64,000 nucleotides of DNA, from the IMG/VR virus record IMGVR_UViG_3300035070_003276, positions 1 through 64,000 of that record; one strand, 5' to 3'. Below the pieces are notes generated by a model, which was given only the letters and a program-made list of their open reading frames with translations, was not told the DNA's origin and did no database searches. The stretch is from a virus (Duplodnaviria > Caudoviricetes). The position numbers and the translations under genes were made by a program. Below are positions 25,207-34,598 of this stretch, one piece after another (position 1 is the first letter of the stretch; the number at the start of each line of letters is the position of its first letter).

Positions 25207-25454
25207 TGGCAATACTCACATACACATCAGAAGAACCAACTAATAGAGAGGCAATGAGTGTATCATTTGATATGCCTGATGATATGAACATATATGAATT
25301 TAAAATTATGTGTGTTCGCTTAGCAAGTTCTTTGGGATACCACCCATCTTCAATTAAAAATGCATTTGGAGAAACCGAAATCAGAACAAATTTGGATAAC
25401 GAATTAGCAGATTTAATTAATTCAATGAACGTAACAACTAGTTCGTTAGTATGA
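25206..25454 (+). CDS. Hypothetical protein
   Basis: 82 aa with overlapping junctions. Confidence 0.65.
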   Translation: MAILTYTSEEPTNREAMSVSFDMPDDMNIYEFKIMCVRLASSLGYHPSSIKNAFGETEIRTNLDNELADLINSMNVTTSSLV

Positions 25455-25663
25455 TAGATGATGTTATACTACATAAACTATTAACTTTAGAAGTGATAGT
25501 TGAAACACTAATGGATACGTTAATAGAAAATGAATTAATAGATGTTGAAAAATTTGATGATTCTCTTGTGGAAAAAATAAAAGAGTTGGGCAGTATATCA
25601 ACTAAAACTAAAGATGAATTTGATTATTCACCTTTTCTAATGGGCCCAAAAGGAGAAGCCTAA
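25451..25663 (+). CDS. Hypothetical protein
   Basis: 70 aa acidic helical ORF. Confidence 0.65.
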   Translation: MIDDVILHKLLTLEVIVETLMDTLIENELIDVEKFDDSLVEKIKELGSISTKTKDEFDYSPFLMGPKGEA

Positions 25664-25669
25664 AATAAA

Positions 25670-25701
25670 TTTGGAAAATTGAAATATTTTTCGTATATTT
25701 A
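25670..25701 (+). promoter_or_regulatory. Bacteroidota sigma-A type promoter (variant), upstream of the sigma factor operon
   Basis: TTTG (25670-25673), 20 nt, TATATTTA (25694-25701). Confidence 0.65.
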
Positions 25702-25717
25702 CATTATCTTTTATATT

Positions 25718-25981
25718 ATGGAAATTTTATATATTATATTAGGAGTATCAATCATACTGAATATCTTTCTTTTTTGGAGAGGTATTCGTTTGGTTACTCA
25801 AGTAGAACAATCTCAACTAAACGTTGTTAACACCAATTATAATACTCTACAAACATTGGAAACTATGTTAGATGAAATGAGGCAGTTGGATTTAAAGGGT
25901 TCATTTGAATCCGATGATGAAGTGGGTGTAGTATTCTCAGAATTAAAAGATGTTATTAAAAAATATAAAGATAACATTTAA
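25718..25981 (+). CDS. Small single-pass membrane protein
   Basis: ATG at 25718; TM ILYIILGVSIILNIFLFW; then a coiled region. Confidence 0.65.
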   Translation: MEILYIILGVSIILNIFLFWRGIRLVTQVEQSQLNVVNTNYNTLQTLETMLDEMRQLDLKGSFESDDEVGVVFSELKDVIKKYKDNI

Positions 25982-25984
25982 ATT

Positions 25985-26710
25985 ATGGCAAAACCAAGAA
26001 AGAAGAAATCAAAAATATATTTTGGAACACCTGCGCAAGATGCTATTATCGAATACAATAATAGTAAAGACCCGCGTGAACGAAATCAGATATATAAAGA
26101 ACGTATCAAATTTCCATTCGAAAAACTAGCTGAGAATATTATGAATACATTTAAGTTCTCATACTTTGATGTACCAAAGATTGATATTCAGAATGAAGTA
26201 GTATCTGTATTGATACAAAAGATACATATGTATAAGCCTGATAAGGGTCGAGCTTTCTCATATTTTTCTATTGTTGCAAAGAATCATTTAATTCTACAAA
26301 ACAATGGAAATTACAAACGTTATAAAAAAACAGCATTACTTTCTCAGATGCCGGAATCTTGGAACCCAGAAGATAACTTTCATGTTGACCAACAAGGTTC
26401 AGAATTCAATGAATTTAAAGAATTAATGTTGGAGTATTGGGATAAAAACTTAACAAAGGTATTTAATAAGAAGAGAGATATTCAAATAGCAGATGCTATT
26501 TTGGAGTTATTTCGAAGAAGTCAATACATAGAAAACTTTAATAAAAAGCATTTATACCTTCTTATTAGAGAAATGACTGATTGTAAAACTCATTATATTA
26601 CAAAAGTAGTTAACGTTATGAAAGAACATCAAAAACGAATGTTAAACGAATATTTGGATTACGGAGAGATATCAGATAATCCAAATGAAGATGAGTTCTT
26701 TTCCTATTAG
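25985..26710 (+). CDS. Phage sigma factor, T4 gp55-like (putative late transcription)
   Basis: N-terminal ..YF...AQDAIIEY; sigma region 2-like DIQNEVVSVLIQKIHMYKPDKGRAFSYFSIVAKNHLI. Confidence 0.65.
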   Translation: MAKPRKKKSKIYFGTPAQDAIIEYNNSKDPRERNQIYKERIKFPFEKLAENIMNTFKFSYFDVPKIDIQNEVVSVLIQKIHMYKPDKGRAFSYFSIVAKNHLILQNNGNYKRYKKTALLSQMPESWNPEDNFHVDQQGSEFNEFKELMLEYWDKNLTKVFNKKRDIQIADAILELFRRSQYIENFNKKHLYLLIREMTDCKTHYITKVVNVMKEHQKRMLNEYLDYGEISDNPNEDEFFSY

Positions 26711-26715
26711 TATAA

Positions 26716-26723
26716 TACTTATA
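26716..26723 (+). promoter_or_regulatory. TACTTATA variant motif upstream of envelope operon B
   Basis: One-mismatch variant of TATTTATA, about 100 nt before the ATG at 26824. Confidence 0.35.
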
Positions 26724-26823
26724 TTTAGATAAATTAGGAAACACTACAAATCCTAAACAGTTTTATTAATCACTTTGGTTTTATTAATAAGTTATAGTTA
26801 CTTCACTAAAGAGTAATTATCTT

Positions 26824-28755
26824 ATGAAACGATTTTTATTAGGCCTGATACTAATGTTACCATTTGTGTCTTATGGTCAAAATGGGGCTAATGAAATACT
26901 TACAGCCCCTAACTCAAACTCTCCACATATACTTGTGGATACTCTATTTACGTTAGAGCAAGATATTTCGGTTGGTTATACTGAAATTTATTTACACTAC
27001 GCTAACCCAACCCCATCTGATATATTCTCAGCTGTTCAGTTCAGAATATTCTATGATGATGTTAAGTTTACAACCCCTGAGATTTATTGGGGACCTACTG
27101 CTACTCCGATTACTGATAAGTATGGTTCTTACTTTGCTAATTCAGATTATGTAAACGTTATTGCATCTTATACAGGTAACAATAGTGGATTTGATTGGGC
27201 AGATGGGGCAATGTTTAAATTACGATTATATCACACTACCGCATACGATGGTGTTGTAGATTCAATTGCAATAGCTGGCTCAACAACTTACAATAACTTA
27301 GCAACTACAACTTCCGGATTAGATGTTCCATTAGCAATGCACAACTATGGTGGTAATTTCCAAATGGATATTTTGGAGTTCCCAATTATTGCAAGAAATG
27401 CAGATGGAACTCCTGCACAAGGTATGTGGTTTACTGCTCAAAAAAGATTAAAATCAGATGTTTCTGGTTTATGGACACCAATCTCAATGGATTCAACAAA
27501 CTCAAATGGATTGTTCGTTGTACAAGACCAATTAGATACCGCATTTTGGCATCTGAGAGTTACTGCACAATCTGATACGATGAGTGATGGGTTTGCATTA
27601 TCCGTAACTGATGCATATAAATTAGCAAACCAAGCTTCTCAACAAGATACACTTTCGGGAATCGAATGGTATGCTGGTGATATTAACGAAAGTAACGATG
27701 TAACCATTTCAGATGCATTCGCAATGTTTAATAGATTAGCATTACAATCTACAACGTGGACATCATTATTTAGTGGTGTAAACAACGTAGCAATATTATG
27801 GCCAGATGAATACATATCAGCATTGGCTGCAACTACATCTCCAACTTGGACAAACACTCCGAGAGTTTACGTAATAGACACAATTGTAAACTCAATGGAT
27901 TCACTTAAACCTTACATTTATGTAGTAGGTGATGCAACTACAACGGGTTACAACAACCCTGGTGTATTGGTTGCTAAGATGGCTGACCCCGGTATTGGGA
28001 CGGATTACATATTAGACCCAGCGGTATATCTTTCAAACAAACCTGATACTGTTGAATTTAGAATTCCTAAGTTAACAATGACGGTTGATAATAAAATGAG
28101 TGTACCTGTAACTCTCTACACATTTGGTAACCAATTAGGTGCTATCCAAATGGGTATTGAATTCGATACTACTATCTTTAGATTTGAATCAATTGAAATG
28201 GGTGATGCAACTTCTAAATGGACATCAGTTCTATCGGTGGAGAAAGGAAAAGTATTTTGGGCAGGACATGAGGATAGATTAAACCCAGCATTGGTTGATG
28301 ATATGACAACTCAGTTCACATTTAACTTTGAGGTAATTGACCCATTGGGTTGGAATCAATCACCATTAAAAATAGTTGAAAAAATGGCTGGTGATAGATA
28401 TGCACAAGATGTTAGTGTTAAACCTTCACCAAATGATGGTTCAGTTGTTAATAGAACTTCAATTGACCCTGAGTTAGACCTGATGATGAATGGATTCAAA
28501 GTTTATCCAAATCCAACAACTGAATTTATGGGACATTGGGTTGTATTTGAATATCACACTTACTTAGAGGATGGTGATGTTAATGCAATCGTTTATGATA
28601 TTAATGGTAGAGAGGCAATGAGATGGTCTGATAAGATTTATCAAAGTGGTTTCCAATTCCAAGGTTTCACAATGGAAAATTTACCAAACGGAATGTATTT
28701 GGTAAGGTTGGTTACGCAAGATAGAGATAAAGTTTATAGAATTATTAAAAAGTAA
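26824..28755 (+). CDS. T9SS type A sorting-domain protein with cohesin-like and dockerin-like regions (module B1)
   Basis: Signal peptide; cohesin-like SAVQFRIFYDDVKF; dockerin-like SVTDAYKL...GDINESNDVTISDAFAMF; cohesin-like GAIQMGIEFDTTIFRF; canonical CTD KVYPNP...VYDINGR...NLPNGMYLVRL...KVYRIIKK. Confidence 0.85.
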   Translation: MKRFLLGLILMLPFVSYGQNGANEILTAPNSNSPHILVDTLFTLEQDISVGYTEIYLHYANPTPSDIFSAVQFRIFYDDVKFTTPEIYWGPTATPITDKYGSYFANSDYVNVIASYTGNNSGFDWADGAMFKLRLYHTTAYDGVVDSIAIAGSTTYNNLATTTSGLDVPLAMHNYGGNFQMDILEFPIIARNADGTPAQGMWFTAQKRLKSDVSGLWTPISMDSTNSNGLFVVQDQLDTAFWHLRVTAQSDTMSDGFALSVTDAYKLANQASQQDTLSGIEWYAGDINESNDVTISDAFAMFNRLALQSTTWTSLFSGVNNVAILWPDEYISALAATTSPTWTNTPRVYVIDTIVNSMDSLKPYIYVVGDATTTGYNNPGVLVAKMADPGIGTDYILDPAVYLSNKPDTVEFRIPKLTMTVDNKMSVPVTLYTFGNQLGAIQMGIEFDTTIFRFESIEMGDATSKWTSVLSVEKGKVFWAGHEDRLNPALVDDMTTQFTFNFEVIDPLGWNQSPLKIVEKMAGDRYAQDVSVKPSPNDGSVVNRTSIDPELDLMMNGFKVYPNPTTEFMGHWVVFEYHTYLEDGDVNAIVYDINGREAMRWSDKIYQSGFQFQGFTMENLPNGMYLVRLVTQDRDKVYRIIKK

Positions 28756-28767
28756 CATTAATTTATT

Positions 28768-29145
28768 ATGAAAGAAGAAATCAAAGAAGGGATGTCCACT
28801 CTTAAAAAAGGTGTGATTGGATTGTTGGGAACATTAGTAGCAGGTGTGGGAACATTTGTAACTACTCAATTTAATTCATTATTGGGAATTGAAGAAGAAT
28901 CAGAAACTCCAACTGAGATTGTAGTGCCGGTTGAAAACACACAACAACAAAATGTGAATGTAACTGGACCTGAAATCATCATTAACATTCCACAACAACA
29001 AACACCAGCTCCTACTCGTACAATCATAAGAGAGACTGTTAAGGAAGTTCCTGCAGCGCCGATTGAAGTTGTAGAAGAGAAGCCAGAAACTCCAATGGAA
29101 AGAATGGCTAGACTAAAAAGAGAAAGAGCAGAAAAAAATAAATAA
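28768..29145 (+). CDS. Membrane-anchored QNVNVTGP-motif protein (module B2)
   Basis: TM segment, then QNVNVTGPEIIINIPQQ...RTIIRE; paralog of 9760..10074. Confidence 0.75.
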   Translation: MKEEIKEGMSTLKKGVIGLLGTLVAGVGTFVTTQFNSLLGIEEESETPTEIVVPVENTQQQNVNVTGPEIIINIPQQQTPAPTRTIIRETVKEVPAAPIEVVEEKPETPMERMARLKRERAEKNK

Positions 29146-29147
29146 TT

Positions 29148-29888
29148 ATGAGAACGAGAAAAGATGTAATTTTAGAATGGACAGTAGCACCTTTGATGCT
29201 TATCCTTACCGCTTGTGCCTTAGTATTTGTAGGTACATTCGCAACCTCATGTTCTTCATCAGTTGGTGTGGTTCAATATCAAGCTGATTTTGAGAAGGCA
29301 GAACCCCTAAATACAATTCCACCATTTACAGGTGAGAAGCAAATTGTACAACTTTCGAAATTAAATGTAAATAAAGAACTATGGGAAATGTTTCCTGAGT
29401 TGAGAGATAAGAGAGTTGGTTTAGGTGTATCGAATCGTATTATCGAAAACTTTGAGATGACTCAAAGATTCAAATACGCTGAAGAAAAAGAAGCTATTCA
29501 AAACCAAATGTTAGATGCTTGGGAAGCCGAACTCAATGGAATGGGTGATGGGCAAACTGAGTTAAAGATGGAGGGCATTGCTTTACCTAAGTATATCGTA
29601 TATGCTGAGATTTATGATTTCGCAGTATCGTATGGTGAAAACTATAAACGGGGTAAATCAGAAATAACTAACACTACTATTATGGGTATCCAAATCAGAA
29701 TGGTCAATGTAGATAACTCACAATACATCGTAGCGAGTGGACAGGGAACTGCAACTCAGATAGGTGAGGGATTCTTCAAAAATCCACAAATGGGTTTTGA
29801 TAATTCAACTGTTGGTATCGCTACCCAACGTGCGTTAGAGGTTGCTACGGTAAACCTTGTGAAACGTATGGAAAGTTATGGATGGTAA
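29148..29888 (+). CDS. CsgG/HfaB-like lipoprotein (module B3)
   Basis: Lipobox ATS-C; FPELRDKRVGLGVSNRII...RFKYAEEK, YAEIYDFAVS, GIQIRMVNVDNSQYIVASGQG; paralog of 10337..11056. Confidence 0.78.
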   Translation: MRTRKDVILEWTVAPLMLILTACALVFVGTFATSCSSSVGVVQYQADFEKAEPLNTIPPFTGEKQIVQLSKLNVNKELWEMFPELRDKRVGLGVSNRIIENFEMTQRFKYAEEKEAIQNQMLDAWEAELNGMGDGQTELKMEGIALPKYIVYAEIYDFAVSYGENYKRGKSEITNTTIMGIQIRMVNVDNSQYIVASGQGTATQIGEGFFKNPQMGFDNSTVGIATQRALEVATVNLVKRMESYGW

Positions 29889-31329
29889 GAAATGGTTAAT
29901 AGTATTATTACTTCTTATAGGGTTTAAGTCATTTGGGCAATCGTTCCAATACACTTATATTGACCCCTGTACTGGTGTTCCTAATACTGTAACTATTTCA
30001 CAACCTTCAGGTTCGGTAACTCTTTTTTACGCAGGACAATATCAGAATTTTACATCAACCCAACTTCAAGCCGGTGGTTATGAAGCTTGGGTTGCTTCTA
30101 TTAATGCTGCATCCCCACCGGGTTCTAATCCTTGTGCTGGAAATGCTGGAGCCGTAAGTGGTTCTACTTCTGCATCGGTAGGTACGAACGTATCAAATAC
30201 CGTATCTAACATATCGGGTGCACTTGCCACATTGGGTTCTTCCACATCTGGTGGTTCCTCTGGTGGAATGGGTACATCTACCTCTTCATCTGGTAGTTCA
30301 TCATCAACCTCTTCTTCAAACGATGGTGGTTCATCTTCTGGTAGTAGTGGTACCGATGGTGGTGATACTGGTGGAAGTGGTAGTGGCGATACTGGGGGTT
30401 CTGGTGGTTCTTCTGGTAGTGGAGATGGTGGTAGTGGTGATACTGGTGGAGGTTCTTCTGGTGGAGGTTCTGGTGGTTCTGGTGGTTCATCGGGTGGAGG
30501 TTCTACTGAGGGTGGTGTATCATCCGATGGTGGTAGTACAACTTCAGATGGGGATGGTGGCTCATCTAATGGTGGGGCAATTGGTGATAAAGATATTGAT
30601 GCAGAATCAGGTGGACAATCATCTGATTCCGAATCCGAAGATTCCGGTGGAAGTGGTGGTGGAAAGAAAAAGAAAAAAGGAGCAAGAGCAAGAAGGGGTT
30701 CGTTAATTGCATCGGGTGATATGGTAGTTGTTCGTAATGGTTCAGATTACAAAGAAAGTGGTAACGATAATCTTAAATTCAATATGGGGGTTACTTGGGC
30801 AAATACTAACCAAACAATTACGGCTGGTGGGCTGTTAAATTATACAACGGGGCAAAATGAATTTTCTCTTACGGGATATGGTTCTTTTAAGATTGAAGAA
30901 TCAATGATTGTAGGGTCTAACTCATTCCTATACAATGTATCTCAACAAACTTGGTTCAATACGGGTAATGTAATGTATGCATTCAAACAAAATAAGTATT
31001 TAACCACATTAATGGGAACTAACTTTTCAGTAGGTCAATTAGGTGATGAAACATTTTCAAATTGGGCAGCAAACATTGGTACATTTACTACCTTTAATGG
31101 TTATAAAGGATTTGCGATGAACTTAATGGGTATCGCAATGTACTCACCTTATACTTTCTTCTATGAAGGACAATGGTTCAAAGGAGGATTCCTTTTTGTA
31201 CCTCTAACAAGTTTTGATTTTAATGTTACAAAAACTTTTAAATTTAATATATCTACCTCAACTGTATATTTAATGGGTGAGGGTATATTAAACTTTCAAC
31301 TAATGACTGGTACGAAGATGTTGTTATGA
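29878..31329 (+). CDS. Exported protein: Cys-pair N-domain, Gly/Ser linker, C-terminal beta-barrel (module B4)
   Basis: Signal peptide; FQYTYIDPCTG...NPC; about 140 aa G/S/T/D linker; KKKKK; amphipathic strands ending LMTGTKMLL; paralog of 11060..12382. Confidence 0.7.
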   Translation: MDGKKWLIVLLLLIGFKSFGQSFQYTYIDPCTGVPNTVTISQPSGSVTLFYAGQYQNFTSTQLQAGGYEAWVASINAASPPGSNPCAGNAGAVSGSTSASVGTNVSNTVSNISGALATLGSSTSGGSSGGMGTSTSSSGSSSSTSSSNDGGSSSGSSGTDGGDTGGSGSGDTGGSGGSSGSGDGGSGDTGGGSSGGGSGGSGGSSGGGSTEGGVSSDGGSTTSDGDGGSSNGGAIGDKDIDAESGGQSSDSESEDSGGSGGGKKKKKGARARRGSLIASGDMVVVRNGSDYKESGNDNLKFNMGVTWANTNQTITAGGLLNYTTGQNEFSLTGYGSFKIEESMIVGSNSFLYNVSQQTWFNTGNVMYAFKQNKYLTTLMGTNFSVGQLGDETFSNWAANIGTFTTFNGYKGFAMNLMGIAMYSPYTFFYEGQWFKGGFLFVPLTSFDFNVTKTFKFNISTSTVYLMGEGILNFQLMTGTKMLL

Positions 31330-32525
31330 TACGATGGTTAAAATTCTTTTTGGTATTTCCGTTGGGGTTGTTTTCACAAAATGTAACCTTTGCAACTGTT
31401 GGTATCCAAGATATGAGTGGCATTGATGTAACAATCATTCATACTCAACCTGGTGGTACAATTGGTAGTATATCTCAAATGACAAGTGGTATTCCGACAG
31501 ATAGAGGACAGGGAACTACAACCATATTCGCATCAGCTAATTCGGACCAAGGTTCAGTTATAGTAAACTTTCCAAATGGATATGAACCCGAAATTGGTGG
31601 TACATCTTATTCCACCGGTAAACTTCATGCTAATGCTTGGTTAGCTTTTCCAACTACAAACTATAATAGTTTCGCTAGTTCAGCATCTGCACCAAATGTA
31701 CCTACACTTCACTTTACTTCGGTAAACAATGGTAGTACCGATAACAATATGTCTCACGTTTCTACTGAGACTTATAATGACCCATCATTAGGTGATGTAT
31801 TTAGAATTAGGTATGAGGGAAGTTATAGGTATAATGTGAGTGGTATCAATACAAAGATAGACTTATACTTTGCAAAGAATAACAACAAAGAAATCTTAGT
31901 GGTACTTAGACAATTTTTGGCAGATGGTTCAAATCAAGAACAAATCGGATTATCAAATGGTAGTAGTTGGTTAGCATCTAACATTATCTCATCTACATCA
32001 TATTCAAACGGAAACGCTTGGTCAATCGATAATACTGTATTGGTTGGTGTAAGGGATACTTTAACAACACAAACCACAACATCAACCGGTATGTTAAATT
32101 TTAACAATCCAAATAACTACGATTATGAAGTGATAGTGGATGTGAGTAATATGAACAATATACTTACTGAATCTGAAATGAATTACTTAATGTATCTAAG
32201 AATGTTCCCAAATGAAATTACATCTTGGGATTATCATACGATGAACTTCTACACATTAGATAGTTCAGATATTACAACTTATTCGGATGTATTCTCTGCA
32301 TATCAACTATACAAATTGGGACAGAACTTTGGATACACTTATAATAACAATTGGGTATATTCACAATCGGAAAAAGATGATATAGAATCAAATGCAAATA
32401 GTTTAATTTATCATTTAAAGTATCCAAAAGAATCAATCAGAACATTTAACAATCTCAATAGGTTTTATATCGTTTCTTTGGGTAAACACCGAAGAACAAC
32501 TAATACAAAAACAATAACACAATGA
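31326..32525 (+). CDS. Exported beta-rich protein with degenerate dockerin-like C-region (module B5)
   Basis: Signal peptide ending LFS-Q; C-region ITSWDYHTMNF...DITTYSDVFSAYQL echoes the duplicated dockerin-like helix pattern of B1. Confidence 0.5.
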   Translation: MIRWLKFFLVFPLGLFSQNVTFATVGIQDMSGIDVTIIHTQPGGTIGSISQMTSGIPTDRGQGTTTIFASANSDQGSVIVNFPNGYEPEIGGTSYSTGKLHANAWLAFPTTNYNSFASSASAPNVPTLHFTSVNNGSTDNNMSHVSTETYNDPSLGDVFRIRYEGSYRYNVSGINTKIDLYFAKNNNKEILVVLRQFLADGSNQEQIGLSNGSSWLASNIISSTSYSNGNAWSIDNTVLVGVRDTLTTQTTTSTGMLNFNNPNNYDYEVIVDVSNMNNILTESEMNYLMYLRMFPNEITSWDYHTMNFYTLDSSDITTYSDVFSAYQLYKLGQNFGYTYNNNWVYSQSEKDDIESNANSLIYHLKYPKESIRTFNNLNRFYIVSLGKHRRTTNTKTITQ

Positions 32526-32920
32526 ATCCAATCGTATGCTATTTCGTAGCAAGTGTAATCTCACTTGCATCTCTAAAGGATATTCCTGAAGAAAAGTTCA
32601 CTTTCGGTGTAAGACAAATCACCGAAGAAATCGTAGGACAAGACCAACCATTATGTCCTGATGGTTCACCAATCTATGTTACAGTAGAATCAATCAAAGC
32701 ACCAACCAAAGGAATCCAAATCGGACCATTTAAGTTCAAACAAAAGAAAACTTTGGTAACGGTAAACGTTGTAAAAGATGGAGTTGAATCAATAGGTGTA
32801 GGTTCGGCTAAAATGAATGTATCTGCAACACTTTTACAATTGCAAGATGAGAACTTACCATTCGAACAAACGGAATTTTCAGTTGCAATGAAAAAGGCAA
32901 TTGAGGATGCGATGGATTAG
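32522..32920 (+). CDS. Small CsgG/TolB_N-like protein (module B6; paralog of 7183..7671)
   Basis: FGVRQITEEIV and FEQTEFSVAMKKAIE align with A1. Confidence 0.65.
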   Translation: MNPIVCYFVASVISLASLKDIPEEKFTFGVRQITEEIVGQDQPLCPDGSPIYVTVESIKAPTKGIQIGPFKFKQKKTLVTVNVVKDGVESIGVGSAKMNVSATLLQLQDENLPFEQTEFSVAMKKAIEDAMD

Positions 32921-32948
32921 ATACATCCGTTACTTTTTAGTTTATTGA

Positions 32949-32956
32949 TATTTATA
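32949..32956 (+). promoter_or_regulatory. TATTTATA motif at the start of the tail/baseplate module
   Basis: Exact motif ending 24 nt before the ATG at 32981. Confidence 0.45.
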
Positions 32957-32980
32957 TATTGAATACAATATCAATATGCT

Positions 32981-33376
32981 ATGTCAAATGATTTCGAAAT
33001 ATTTCCTGGTAAAAGTTTAAGTGGACTTTTTGAGGATATCTACAATAATCAAATTAATAAAAAGAGGCACATCTCTGAGGTAATTGCTGAACTACGTAAG
33101 TTAGTTCGTAATCCAAATGATATGAGATACATAGGTCCTCTTATTAAAGATTTAATTGATACATCTGTTCGTAACGATGAATCATTAATTAAACTTGCTA
33201 CAATAGCTCAACGAATTATGATTGCTGGGACTAGAAGCGAAGGTGAAGAAGGTTACTTATCTGAAGCAGAGCGAGAGCAATTACTTTCTCAAATCGATGA
33301 AGTTCAAATGGAAGTTCAACGAATGGATGATATGCAAAATGAAATCGAAGAGGTAAAGCAAAAATTAGAAAAGTAA
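32981..33376 (+). CDS. Hypothetical coiled-coil protein
   Basis: 131 aa helical ORF leading the structural operon. Confidence 0.65.
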   Translation: MSNDFEIFPGKSLSGLFEDIYNNQINKKRHISEVIAELRKLVRNPNDMRYIGPLIKDLIDTSVRNDESLIKLATIAQRIMIAGTRSEGEEGYLSEAEREQLLSQIDEVQMEVQRMDDMQNEIEEVKQKLEK

Positions 33377-33377
33377 A

Positions 33378-34598
33378 ATGGGAATAGGTAGTAGTAGAAA
33401 CATATCCATTGGTAGTAACCAACAAATTGATATTAGACCTAACGATAAAAGTAGTGTTGGTGTTGTTTTTAAAGTCATACTTGATATAGATGATGAACTA
33501 TTGGATATAAAGGAAATACCTGAGAATGAAAAAGCCAAATACATTGGAGCCATCCAATATAGATTACAATCATCTAATGAAAAAAGTGAAAATGATTTAC
33601 CAATAGCAATTCCCTATAATAGTAATTACACTGCTTTACCTATAAAAAACGAAGTTGTACGAATTATACGAGTTGATGGTGTTGGATTACAATATGAGAG
33701 AGTAGTAACATCAGCAACTCCAAACGTATCTGGTGATTCTAATATCATATCTAAATCAACTACAAAAGATAAAGGTCCTAATGAAACAAATGCATCCGAT
33801 TATAGTAAAGTTCAAAAAACAGGAGTAAGTAGGAGTACACAATCTGATAATGTGAGTACTGATACTTATGGTGAGTATTTTGAATCAGATTTAAATATAC
33901 ACAAATTACGTATTTTTGAGGGTGATACTTTTGTTGAAAGTAGATTTGGTCAATCAATACGATTTAGTGGGTATAATAACCCAGACCAAAAACTATACCC
34001 AACCATTACAATACGTAATGATGAAAATGGTGAATCACGTGCAACCCCAATTGGTAAAACAACAATTGAAGATATAAATAAAGATGGTAACATTATATTT
34101 TTAGGTAGTCGTAATCATTTATTACCATATACGTTACCAACTGAAAACGAACATATATCTTTTAAAAACTATCCATCTGAACTTAAAGGAAATCAAATTG
34201 TATTAAATTCAGATAGAATTGTATTATCAGCTAAAGCAGCTGAAATGATATTAGTATCAAAAAAAGATGTTGGTATCATAACTGATAGTTTATTTTCTAT
34301 TGATGCCACTGGTGGTATTGATGTTACATTGGATGGTGATACTAATTATAAAACAAACGATAGAGATATCAACTTAAATACTGGTAATGGTAAAGTTAAT
34401 ATTGGTGACCAAAACTTAGAATCATTGGTTAAGGGTGAAACTTTAGTTAATTTAATGACTGAACTAATTACAGCGATAGAAGTGATGACAGTAGCAACTC
34501 CAGCCGGCCCATCTACACCACCGATAAATGTAGCATCATTTAGTAAAGTAAAATCTCAATTAAGAACAATGTTGAGTAATTTAAATAAAACATCATAA
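33378..34598 (+). CDS. Baseplate hub/central spike protein (gp5/gpV-like)
   Basis: GDTFVESRFGQSIRF; beta-helix-like NQIVLNSDRIVLSAK...IDATGGIDV; C-terminal VATPAGPSTPP; upstream of a gp25-like gene. Confidence 0.65.
   Translation: MGIGSSRNISIGSNQQIDIRPNDKSSVGVVFKVILDIDDELLDIKEIPENEKAKYIGAIQYRLQSSNEKSENDLPIAIPYNSNYTALPIKNEVVRIIRVDGVGLQYERVVTSATPNVSGDSNIISKSTTKDKGPNETNASDYSKVQKTGVSRSTQSDNVSTDTYGEYFESDLNIHKLRIFEGDTFVESRFGQSIRFSGYNNPDQKLYPTITIRNDENGESRATPIGKTTIEDINKDGNIIFLGSRNHLLPYTLPTENEHISFKNYPSELKGNQIVLNSDRIVLSAKAAEMILVSKKDVGIITDSLFSIDATGGIDVTLDGDTNYKTNDRDINLNTGNGKVNIGDQNLESLVKGETLVNLMTELITAIEVMTVATPAGPSTPPINVASFSKVKSQLRTMLSNLNKTS

Noticed and set aside
30230-30660. Gly/Ser-rich region as a curlin (CsgA/CsgB) subunit
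   Set aside because: It lacks the periodic N/Q-x4-Q curlin repeat; it is a disordered linker inside a barrel protein.
2748-32920. Window being a bacterial chromosome because of the TBDR, T9SS and CsgG-like genes
   Set aside because: These genes are interleaved with gp25/gp6 baseplate, gp55-like sigma, primase and gp46/47-like genes and share their upstream motifs; no bacterial core genes are present.
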